DNA from: Candidatus Niyogibacteria bacterium
Lineage (GTDB): Bacteria; Patescibacteriota; Minisyncoccia; HO2-45-28
Direction of reading: 5' to 3'
NCBI GenBank assembly: GCA_016181935.1
Contig: JACOYI010000002.1
Span: 63,961 to 127,960 of the forward strand
DNA length: 64,000 bases
The position numbers and the translations under genes are program-made. Of this stretch, positions 47,689 through 56,287 are shown in pieces (the first letter of the stretch is position 1; each line of letters opens with the position of its first letter). The notes beneath the pieces are model-generated. The model saw only the letters and a list, made by a program, of their open reading frames with translations. It was not told the DNA's origin and did no database searches.

Positions 47689-49631
47689 AGCTCAATAATC
47701 GGTTCGTTATCGGCGGGCTCGATGAGTTCCGGCGGGATTTCATCCAAAAACCGTGATGGCATATTGACCTGACGCTCGCCGAACATGGTCCGGAAGAGCG
47801 CAAGCGAGAGATATGCACGCTTGCGCGCGCGGGTCAGGGCGACATAAAAAAGCCGCCGCTCTTCTTCGATGCGCAGTTTTTCTTCTTCACCGGAAAGCGC
47901 GGTGTGCGGGAACAGGCCGTCTTCGAGGCCCGCAATGAATACATGATCGAATTCAAGGCCTTTGGCCGCATGCACCGTGGAAAGCGGTATACTCGCCTCT
48001 TTTTTGTGGATCGTGTCGTCGCCAGTCATGAGCGCCGCTTCTTCCAAAAGCGCGAGAACTCCTTGGGGCGGCTCCAGCACGTCGAATCGCTTCACAAGGC
48101 CTGCAAGCTCTTTCAGGTTGGCAAGGCGCATGAGATCGTCCTCGACTTCCGGATCAAAAAGCTCGCGGTATCCGGTTGTTTTGAAAACACAATCGAGCGC
48201 AAATGACGCCGGATGCTCATGCGCCGCTTCCCGGATGGCGGCAAGTGTATTTTCAAACGCCGCGATCTTTTGCTGTTCCGAAGCGGAAAGCGGGAGGTTG
48301 CTGAAATACTTGGCGAGGAGCACTTTCCCGATCTCGCGCCTCGGCGTATTGATGACGCGTTTGATACTCAATAGGTCATTCGGGTTCGTTGCGGCGCGGA
48401 GATACGAGAGAATATCTTTGACCTCACGGCGGGCGTAAAATTTGACGCCCACGACGTGATACGGGATCTGATGAAGCAGGAATTTTTCTTCGAGCACGCG
48501 GGACTGGGCGTTCGTGCGGAAGAGGACAGCAATGGAAGCCGGTTTTGCGCCTTCCTCCACTAAGTTTTTGGCCTTTCCTGCGATCCACTCGGCCTCATTC
48601 GCCTCATTTTCCGTCACCCGAAGCTCGATTTTGGCAAAATCGCCGTCCAGCGTCGTATAGAGATTTTTAGGTTTCCGGAAAACATTTTTTGCGATAACGG
48701 CATTCGCCGCATCGAGAATAGGCTTGGTGGAGCGGTAATTTTCCTCGAGCGTTACTACCACAGCTTCGGGCCAGTCGATCTCGAATTGGAGGATGTTGCG
48801 GAAATCCGCACCTCGGAACGAATAAATGGCTTGGTCGATGTCCCCCACCACACAGAGATTGGAATGGGTGCGCGCCAGAAGATTGGCAAGCCGGTACTGG
48901 ACGGAATCCGTATCCTGATATTCGTCGATATGGACGTATTTCCAGAGATTTTGGTATTTCGCGAGTATTTCGGGGTGCTTGTCAAAAAGATCCACGGTCC
49001 GCACCAGCAGGTCATCAAAATCGAGCGTAAGTGATCGCACCTTTTTTGCTTCATAAAGCGCCCAAACCTCGCCGAATGCGCGTGAAAAGCCGTCCTTCGC
49101 ATCCGCCAATTGCCCATCCGGCGTCAAAAGTGAGGTTTTTTTGGAAGAGATCAGATGTTTGATGCGGCGCGGTTCGAATTGTTTGGGGTCGAGCCCGAAC
49201 TCTTTGATGCATTCTTTGATGAGCGCCGTGCGGTCTTCATCGTCCAAGATCGTAAAACGGGGGTCGATTCCCACCGCTTTCCCTTCTCGGCGCAAGATCC
49301 AAGCGCCTAGGGCGTGAAAAGTGCCGATCCATGGGGAGTCCTTTAAGGGGAGTCCTTTTCTGATTCCTATTCCTAAGGACTCCCCTTGGGGATTCCCCGT
49401 AAGGAGCTTGATGATGCGTTCTTTCATCTCACCCGCCGCCTTGTTGGTGAATGTGATGGCGAGAATGGATTCCGGCACTATGCCCGATGCAATGAGATTT
49501 GCGATGCGATAGGTTAAAACGCGGGTTTTGCCTGAGCCAGCTCCCGCCACGATCAAAAGCGGTCCCGAGCGGTGCAAAACCGCCTCTTTTTGGGCGTCAT
49601 TGAGGCCGGCGAGGAGATTGGGGGTTGACAT
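47685..49631 (-). CDS. pcrA: UvrD/PcrA ATP-dependent DNA helicase
   Basis: AGAGSGKT, TFTNKAA, DEYQDT, NYRST, HAAKGLEF, EERRLFYVA.TRA. Confidence 0.95.
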   Translation of the reverse strand: MSTPNLLAGLNDAQKEAVLHRSGPLLIVAGAGSGKTRVLTYRIANLIASGIVPESILAITFTNKAAGEMKERIIKLLTGNPQGESLGIGIRKGLPLKDSPWIGTFHALGAWILRREGKAVGIDPRFTILDDEDRTALIKECIKEFGLDPKQFEPRRIKHLISSKKTSLLTPDGQLADAKDGFSRAFGEVWALYEAKKVRSLTLDFDDLLVRTVDLFDKHPEILAKYQNLWKYVHIDEYQDTDSVQYRLANLLARTHSNLCVVGDIDQAIYSFRGADFRNILQFEIDWPEAVVVTLEENYRSTKPILDAANAVIAKNVFRKPKNLYTTLDGDFAKIELRVTENEANEAEWIAGKAKNLVEEGAKPASIAVLFRTNAQSRVLEEKFLLHQIPYHVVGVKFYARREVKDILSYLRAATNPNDLLSIKRVINTPRREIGKVLLAKYFSNLPLSASEQQKIAAFENTLAAIREAAHEHPASFALDCVFKTTGYRELFDPEVEDDLMRLANLKELAGLVKRFDVLEPPQGVLALLEEAALMTGDDTIHKKEASIPLSTVHAAKGLEFDHVFIAGLEDGLFPHTALSGEEEKLRIEEERRLFYVALTRARKRAYLSLALFRTMFGERQVNMPSRFLDEIPPELIEPADNEPIIEL

Positions 49632-49737
49632 AGTATACGGAGCGTAGCATTCGCGGCCATTCGTTTCAACGAATCTTTACAAAAGACGCATAGATTTATA
49701 GATTTTATAGAGATTTTTGTCTTGAAATGAGGTTCCG

Positions 49738-50202
49738 ATGATCACGCTGATGCCGCTTAAGGTTTTACGGGTCAATGAACGCCATGTCAGAGATATCCGG
49801 ACGCTCTGTGAAGCGTTGGCAGGGGTTTCGCTGGGCCAGAACTTCCGTACCGTGGAGGCGGTTCAGGTGATCCAGCGCCAGAGCGCTCTGGAGGTTTGGT
49901 GCGCTTTTGATGGGGATGCGCTTGTGGGTATGGCAGGCCTGATCGTCGCCGATCTTTTTATGGGAAAACGGGCGTTCATCGAGGAAGTCGCTGTCCATCC
50001 GGCCTACCAAGGGAAAGGCATTGGCCGCTCCTTGGTCGACCAGTTGATCGCCCTTGCGCGGCATGCAGGGTGCCTGTGTGTTGACCTAACCAGCAACCCT
50101 CAGCGGATAGCTGCAAACGCGCTCTACCAGCGGCTCGGCTTCAGGCGGCGAACGACCAATGTATACCGGCTGGATTTAAGCGAAAAACCCCCTCACTCGT
50201 GA
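49738..50202 (+). CDS. GNAT family acetyltransferase
   Basis: VHPAYQGKGIG, LTSNP.R.AANALY..LGF. Confidence 0.9.
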   Translation: MITLMPLKVLRVNERHVRDIRTLCEALAGVSLGQNFRTVEAVQVIQRQSALEVWCAFDGDALVGMAGLIVADLFMGKRAFIEEVAVHPAYQGKGIGRSLVDQLIALARHAGCLCVDLTSNPQRIAANALYQRLGFRRRTTNVYRLDLSEKPPHS

Positions 50203-50246
50203 GGGTTTTTTTGTTCAAAAATTGGCGTTTTTCATGATTCGGCGCC

Positions 50247-50255
50247 TGTGGATAA
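50247..50255 (-). promoter_or_regulatory. Perfect DnaA box upstream of the LysM/M23 gene
   Basis: TGTGGATAA just before TTGACT. Confidence 0.55.
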
Positions 50256-50486
50256 CTGATTGACTTTTGGCCATTCCGGCGGTAAGCTGGACGTGTATCC
50301 GGTAGCAATACCGGACTTTGATTGAAAAGACCGGAAAACGCTGATTTTACGGAGAAAACCGGGCTAACCTGGTTTTGAACTCGTATTATAGAAACCTCAA
50401 AACGCTCATCGGCCGCCCCCGCGAAACAGGACGCCGAGAGCCATAAAAACTCCTCAAAAGGACTTTCCGCGATTGCAAAGTCCTTT

Positions 50487-51473
50487 TTGGCTTTTTCCGC
50501 CTTTTTACTGCTTTCGCTCCCCTTTTTTGGCGCGGAGGCCGGCATCCTTTCTTTTTTTAAGAATATGTTCAAGGGTGAAACCGAAACCGAAACGGCTGCC
50601 ATTTTCAATTCGCAGACCATACCCCTCCTGGAAGCGCCGACGAACGTGGACCCGTTGGCCGGAACCGGCGGCGGCGACATCACGATCGTTCAGAATAACG
50701 CCCTTTTGGCGGCGACGGGCCCTTTGGGCAGTATCGCGGATATTGAGGAAAGCGCGAAAGCGAACGGGCAGATCTCGATTTACGTTGTCCGTGAAGGCGA
50801 TAGCTTGAGCGCTATTGCGAAAATGTTCGGTGTTTCCGTGAATACGATCGTTTGGGCGAATGATTTGAACCGGACAGACCTGATCAAAACGGGGCAGGTT
50901 TTGGTCATTTTGCCGATATCCGGAGTCCAGTACACCGTGGCGAAGGGAGATACGATCCAATCGATTGCGAAGAAATTCAAAGGCGATGCGGATGAGATCG
51001 CTCAATTCAACGACCTATCGGCTCCGGGAATACTCGCGATTGGTTCTACGGTCATCATCCCGAACGGCGAATCGTATCTGGTTTCGACGCCAACGAGTCG
51101 GTTGCGCTCTGCAGGCGGACCGGAGTATCCGGGGTATTATCTTCGCCCGATCGCTGGCGGCCGCCGGTCGCAAGGACTCCACGGGTATAATGGCATAGAC
51201 CTTGCGGCGAGTTGTGGTACGCCGGTGCTTGCATCGGCGTCCGGCGATGTGATCGTTGATCGTTCTTATGGCTGGAATGGCGGCTACGGCCTTTATACGG
51301 TCGTTCGCCATCCCAACAGCACGCAGACGCTCTACGCGCATTTGAGTTCGGTCATCGTGCAGGCCGGCTGGCCGGTGGTTCAGGGACAGGTCATCGGTTA
51401 TGTCGGAAGCACCGGCAACTCGACCGGATGTCACCTGCACTTTGAGGTCCGCGGAGCAAAGAATCCGTTTTAA
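50487..51473 (+). CDS. LysM-domain M23 family peptidase (start uncertain)
   Basis: Two LysM repeats, H.YNGID, YAHL, G.STG.HLHFE. Confidence 0.92.
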   Translation: MAFSAFLLLSLPFFGAEAGILSFFKNMFKGETETETAAIFNSQTIPLLEAPTNVDPLAGTGGGDITIVQNNALLAATGPLGSIADIEESAKANGQISIYVVREGDSLSAIAKMFGVSVNTIVWANDLNRTDLIKTGQVLVILPISGVQYTVAKGDTIQSIAKKFKGDADEIAQFNDLSAPGILAIGSTVIIPNGESYLVSTPTSRLRSAGGPEYPGYYLRPIAGGRRSQGLHGYNGIDLAASCGTPVLASASGDVIVDRSYGWNGGYGLYTVVRHPNSTQTLYAHLSSVIVQAGWPVVQGQVIGYVGSTGNSTGCHLHFEVRGAKNPF

Positions 51474-51581
51474 TTGGTTGACTTTTTCCGAAAACCGCGC
51501 TATGGTAGGCGCGGTTTTTGTTTTTTTTTGCAGTGCGCCTCGCCGCCAGCAGGCGGCGTTTGCTTACAAGAGGAGGTGTTT

Positions 51582-52211
51582 GTGATCCCCCCAGCATCGT
51601 TTACGCAGCATGCATTCGAACGTATGCGTGCGCGGCTGTCGCTAACGGCAGCCGAAGTGGCGAAACTTTTGGATTCGGATCGCGTTGTCTTAATCGGAAA
51701 GGAAACAGATTCATCCACGATTCATCGGCTCTTTTACAGCGCACCCGACAATTATTGCTTTGTCGCCATTCAGGATGAAATAACCGGCGAAGTCGTGACC
51801 GTCGTGCCCGTGGATTATCGCAAAGCATTCAGGGTGAGCGAAGAGGCGGCAGAAATGGCGAAACGGATCGTGGTGGGATTGCCGGCGCGTTCGGAGCCCA
51901 TCAAAGAGGAACCCAAAGGCGCGATAAAACAAGTTCATTTACATTTCAAGTGCATATTTTCTTATGATGGCATCCGGAAAGAAGTAAAGCTTGGTGTCTG
52001 CGCGATCAGAGCCGAAATATGGGTGGTCGAGAGTGATTTATTCCGTCTTACCCAAAAATCCGAAGTTCTGAATTGGCTAAGCGAAAAACTTGATCTCCGT
52101 GTGCCTGCGGAGGCGAATGAGAAACAATTGTACATTAAGTGGAGCGCGTATGGCGAACGTAAAACGCAGTGGATGTATATAAAAGGTTTTTTTGAAGAGG
52201 AATTTCTGTGA
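51582..52211 (+). CDS. Hypothetical protein with DUF4258/RelE-like N-terminus
   Basis: FTQHAFERMRAR...VVTV; TTGACT-17-TATGGT promoter, GAGGAGG SD. Confidence 0.65.
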   Translation: MIPPASFTQHAFERMRARLSLTAAEVAKLLDSDRVVLIGKETDSSTIHRLFYSAPDNYCFVAIQDEITGEVVTVVPVDYRKAFRVSEEAAEMAKRIVVGLPARSEPIKEEPKGAIKQVHLHFKCIFSYDGIRKEVKLGVCAIRAEIWVVESDLFRLTQKSEVLNWLSEKLDLRVPAEANEKQLYIKWSAYGERKTQWMYIKGFFEEEFL

Positions 52212-52226
52212 TTCCTCTTTTTGTTT

Positions 52227-53753
52227 TTATAGAAGCACTTCCTTGGGCCGGTACTGGAGGGCTTCTGCGAGATGCTCTTCTTTTATCGGTTCGGAATGCT
52301 CGAGGTCCGCGATGGTGCGCGCGAGCTTGATGACGCGGTGATACGCGCGGGGCGACAGATCGAGGCGCTTGGCGGCGGCATCAAGCAGGAGGCGCGCATC
52401 ACCCGCAAGAGGCGCGAATTTTTCGAGATTCCGGATGCCAAGCTCGCAATTCATGCGGATCCCGATTTTTTTATATCGCCGTTCCTGAATGGCGCGCGCA
52501 GAGACGACGCGCTTTCGGATATCGGCGCCCGACGGAACGGAGCGGTCCACGCGCATGCCGAGCTCTTTATGATCCACCAGCCCGACTTCGGTCCAGAGGT
52601 CAATGCGGTCGGCAATGGGTCCCGAGATTTTGCGCTGATACCGGAAGAGTGCCGACGGCATGCAGACGCAGATCTTGGTTTTGGAGCCGAGGTTGCCGCA
52701 GGGACACGGGTTCATGGCGGCAACGAGCATGAAGCGCGCCGGAAATTGCATCGTACTTTTGGCGCGCGCGACCGTGATGACGCCGTCTTCGAGCGGTTGC
52801 CTCAATGCTTCAATGACGCGGCGGTCGAATTCCGGAAATTCATCGAGAAACAAAACGCCGCGGTGCGCGAGCGTGATCTCGCCCGGACGCGGCGATGTTC
52901 CACCGCCCGTGAGCGCAACATACGACGAGGTGTGGTGCGGACTGCGGAACGGGCGTTCGGTCGCGAGAGGTTCCCGCTTTGCGCCCGCAACGCTATGGAT
53001 CGTGGTCACTTCGAGCGCCTCCTCGCGCGAGAGCGGCGGCAGAATCGTTGGCAGGGCGCGCGCCAGCAGAGTTTTTCCGGTGCCGGGCGGGCCCGACATC
53101 AGCACATTGTGTCCGCCCGCAGCCGCGATTTCGAGCGCGCGCTTGGCAGTTTCCTGTCCGCGGATATCGAAGAAATTGTGGGGCGCCGCCACCGTTCCCC
53201 CTTTCCATGGCGTCGGCGGCAGAGCGGCCAATGGTTTTTCATTTGTGATGTGCAGGAGAACATCGGAAAGATTCGCGGCTTCATAGACGCGGATGCCGCG
53301 AACAAATGCGGCTTCAATGCCGTTGCCCTTGGGGACGATGACGGATTCAAAACGCGCATGTTCGGCGGTTTGGGAGAGGGAGAGCATTCCGGGAACGGGG
53401 CGTAAAGCGCCATCAAGCGCGAGTTCCCCCAAAAATAGCGTGCGTCGAGAATCGAATACGGCTTGTTTCGAAGCGAGAATGTATCCCAATGCGATCGCGA
53501 GATCGAATCCGGACCCCTCTTTTTTAATGTCGGCGGGTGCGAGCGATACGATGACCTTTTGATTCTGCTTGTGGGGCGGTTTCAACCCGATGTTTTTGAT
53601 GGCATAACTGATGCGCTCTTTTGCCTCGTCCACGGCTTTGTCTGCGAGCCCCACAATGGTGAACGAGCGCAGTCCTTTGGAAACATCCACTTCCACATCA
53701 ATGATGCGTCCGTCGAGGCCTACCGTTTCCGCGCTGAATAACCGGACCGCCAT
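52227..53753 (-). CDS. comM: YifB/ComM Mg-chelatase-like AAA+ ATPase
   Basis: LAPAD..KEGS.FDL, GPPGTGKT, PHH, LAHRGVLFLDE, AMNPCPCG. Confidence 0.93.
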   Translation of the reverse strand: MAVRLFSAETVGLDGRIIDVEVDVSKGLRSFTIVGLADKAVDEAKERISYAIKNIGLKPPHKQNQKVIVSLAPADIKKEGSGFDLAIALGYILASKQAVFDSRRTLFLGELALDGALRPVPGMLSLSQTAEHARFESVIVPKGNGIEAAFVRGIRVYEAANLSDVLLHITNEKPLAALPPTPWKGGTVAAPHNFFDIRGQETAKRALEIAAAGGHNVLMSGPPGTGKTLLARALPTILPPLSREEALEVTTIHSVAGAKREPLATERPFRSPHHTSSYVALTGGGTSPRPGEITLAHRGVLFLDEFPEFDRRVIEALRQPLEDGVITVARAKSTMQFPARFMLVAAMNPCPCGNLGSKTKICVCMPSALFRYQRKISGPIADRIDLWTEVGLVDHKELGMRVDRSVPSGADIRKRVVSARAIQERRYKKIGIRMNCELGIRNLEKFAPLAGDARLLLDAAAKRLDLSPRAYHRVIKLARTIADLEHSEPIKEEHLAEALQYRPKEVLL

Positions 53754-53865
53754 GATGTCCCTACTCTATCGGAGAGCGGAAGCGTGCTCAATGGATTTCG
53801 GTATTGACGGGAACGCGGCCATGCCGTACTCTGATTTCAGACTTTGATTTTTTCGAGGAGAGCGT

Positions 53866-54090
53866 ATGGCGCTTTACCATCCACCGGTCAAATGTTTCAA
53901 GTGCGGAGGAGTCATTCCGTGGGTCCCCAATCCGATGACCGAGTACCAGCGGATACACGGATTTATGGGAGATACCGGCGGGCATCACGATCACGAAGGG
54001 CACGTGTGTTCCGAAAAAAAGCCCGAGAAGCAACCGCCAGCAACCGGGAAAGCCGCTTTGCGGTCCGCAGAGGGGGAAGGCGACAAATAA
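53866..54090 (+). CDS. Small putative metal-binding protein
   Basis: CFKC...HHDHEGHVC; TTGACG-17-TACTCT, GAGGAG SD, terminator. Confidence 0.65.
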   Translation: MALYHPPVKCFKCGGVIPWVPNPMTEYQRIHGFMGDTGGHHDHEGHVCSEKKPEKQPPATGKAALRSAEGEGDK

Positions 54091-54123
54091 CAAAACACCG
54101 AGCATAGCGCTCGGTATTTTTTA

Positions 54124-54477
54124 TCAAACCGTATGCTCGACGCATCGCGCGGCCGCGGGATTGGCTTCGAGGCGTTCAGGGTCAATGGGCTTGCCGTCCT
54201 CGATGCATTTTCCGAATGTTCCCTCGTCGATGCGCTTGAGCGCCGCCTTAACCTCATTCAATTGGGTTTCGAGCGCGACCTCGATCGATGCGTCGGTCTG
54301 GAATTCTTCGAATACATCCGCCATTTCGTTTTCATCGGATGTTTGCGCGTTGAATTCGGGGCGCTGGGGTTCCCAGTCATCCGGCGTTCCGGGATGCGTT
54401 TGCCCCACACTTTTGAGCTGCGTTTCAAGCCGCGCCTTTTCCTCCTCCAATTTTTTGCGAAAATGCTCGATGTCCAT
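54124..54477 (-). CDS. DksA/TraR family protein
   Basis: L.EV..ALKRI..GTFG.C...G..I..ERLEA.P. Confidence 0.9.
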   Translation of the reverse strand: MDIEHFRKKLEEEKARLETQLKSVGQTHPGTPDDWEPQRPEFNAQTSDENEMADVFEEFQTDASIEVALETQLNEVKAALKRIDEGTFGKCIEDGKPIDPERLEANPAAARCVEHTV

Positions 54478-54489
54478 GTTGAAACCGTA

Positions 54490-55464
54490 TCACGATGAGG
54501 GGAAAAACGAAAGCTGTCGAAGAACGACTTCAAGCGCCTCCTGCGATTGAACGATGATCAGGGTTTGGCGGTTAAAGATCGTATAAAGAAAGATCGGCTC
54601 CCCGGCCATATTTTTTAACAGTCGTACGTCATGATTGGAAATGATGCGATCTGTGAACGTCTCCGAACCCCGCTCGAGCGCAATATCGGGAGCAAGGAGG
54701 GGTGATAATGCATTCGGCAAACTGCGTTCCCATTCAAGCATGCCGGCAAGCGCCTCGCTGAATGAGCGCACGGCGACGATCACGACGGTTTCAATGCCGC
54801 GCGCCGTGCGGATCGTGCCCAAGGTCGCAGTGCCGCGGAGGCCATTGGTCAAAAGGGATGGCGCAGGAAGCTGAAGGAGCGAAAAAAGTTCCTGCGCGCT
54901 CAAAAATGCGGAGGTTTGAGTGTTTAGAACGCTGACGGCGCGGAATTCCGCCGGCAAGAGGGGCTTTTTGTAAAGCGCATTCCATTCGGTAAGAAATGCG
55001 GAGCGACTGGATTCCGCAAGCCGGACGATCTCGGATTGCGTTGCCGGAATTGCGGGCTTGGGCGCCGTGACAGCTGGCGCGCCCGGCGCGCTTTGAATGG
55101 TGAACCAAAAAAAGAGACCGCCGCCGATGATGACGAATGCCCCGACGCTAATAGAAAGCCACAAAGTCCAATGCCGCGTCCGCCAGCTGGCGGATTCGCC
55201 CGCGTATCCGCCTACGCGCCGCGCGGTTCCTTCGCGCGTGAGCATGCCGATCTCGGACACTCCGCCCGATTTCAATGTACGTTCCGTATCCCCCACCATC
55301 GTGCGGATGGACGAAGGTTTTTGCGCGCTCGCCGGCCCCGACGGCGTCATCAGAACCGGTCCCGAAGGCGCCGGCGGAGCCGGCGGAGGGGTCTGCGGTG
55401 GTTGGGGCGCAGGCGGTTGCGGTCGTGACGGTTCGCCCGTAGGCAAAATAATTTCGCCGTTCAT
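54490..55464 (-). CDS. Single-TM hypothetical protein with Pro-rich N-terminus
   Basis: IRTM..D, TM helix, AGML.WE, F.D....N.DVR. Confidence 0.75.
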   Translation of the reverse strand: MNGEIILPTGEPSRPQPPAPQPPQTPPPAPPAPSGPVLMTPSGPASAQKPSSIRTMVGDTERTLKSGGVSEIGMLTREGTARRVGGYAGESASWRTRHWTLWLSISVGAFVIIGGGLFFWFTIQSAPGAPAVTAPKPAIPATQSEIVRLAESSRSAFLTEWNALYKKPLLPAEFRAVSVLNTQTSAFLSAQELFSLLQLPAPSLLTNGLRGTATLGTIRTARGIETVVIVAVRSFSEALAGMLEWERSLPNALSPLLAPDIALERGSETFTDRIISNHDVRLLKNMAGEPIFLYTIFNRQTLIIVQSQEALEVVLRQLSFFPSS

Positions 55465-55605
55465 TCATTCATTATACGGCGATATTCGGAGATTTGACAA
55501 AAAAAGCAATTCATTCTATTATGGCGACTTGTACTTTGAACTGGCCCGCCGAATATCCAAATGGTTTGGAATGCGACGACGCCGCAATTCAACCGAGGAC
55601 TTGCT

Positions 55606-56214
55606 ATGAAAACGGCAACCCAAGGGCAAGAGGATAAACTCCTCTCGATTTTCAAAAGAGTATCCAGCGAACGAGTTCAAAAACTTATTGAATCGGGGCT
55701 TCTTCTCGATCTTCGTGATTCCGATGTTTCTGATATCAATCGCGGCGAATTTCAGAAATTTGTCGGTCTTAAATTTCGAATCCCAACCCTTGCGATTTCG
55801 TTTATGGATTCGGCGTCGATGTCCCTCCGGCTACCGCGTGAAACAATGAGGATCGTGAGAAATGTTGACGGTTCGTCCGCGGTAGCAACCCTTGAACTGG
55901 CCGCGCTTCCGGATAGTGAATATTACGAGGAAGAGCGCTGGCAAAACGAAAAACACGTGATGGAAATAATCGAATGCGCACAAGAAATGGGGGGTCTCGG
56001 CGAGCATTCTCTTTGTGTGCTTTTGGAAAAGCAACACATGATTCCGGAAGCGTGGCGGGATTTTTATCTCATTTTTCCCGGATTCGTTTTGGAAGAAGGC
56101 GCTTATTACGTTCCTTATCTTTACTGGAATGGAGCGAAATGGGTTTATGATTTCTATTATCTTTCTATCCATGGTTGGCGATCGCGCGATCGTCTCGTTC
56201 GCAATCTGATTTAG
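55606..56214 (+). CDS. Hypothetical protein with CLec/DGR-target-like C-terminus
   Basis: IPE.W....LIFPG...VPYLYW.G..W...F..L...W...DRL; TTGACA-17-TATTAT promoter. Confidence 0.65.
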   Translation: MKTATQGQEDKLLSIFKRVSSERVQKLIESGLLLDLRDSDVSDINRGEFQKFVGLKFRIPTLAISFMDSASMSLRLPRETMRIVRNVDGSSAVATLELAALPDSEYYEEERWQNEKHVMEIIECAQEMGGLGEHSLCVLLEKQHMIPEAWRDFYLIFPGFVLEEGAYYVPYLYWNGAKWVYDFYYLSIHGWRSRDRLVRNLI

Positions 56215-56287
56215 CAGTAAATCGCTGGTCACAAAAAAGCGTAAACCCCACAGAGAATATCTGTGGGGATTTCATTTAATTTTCCAG

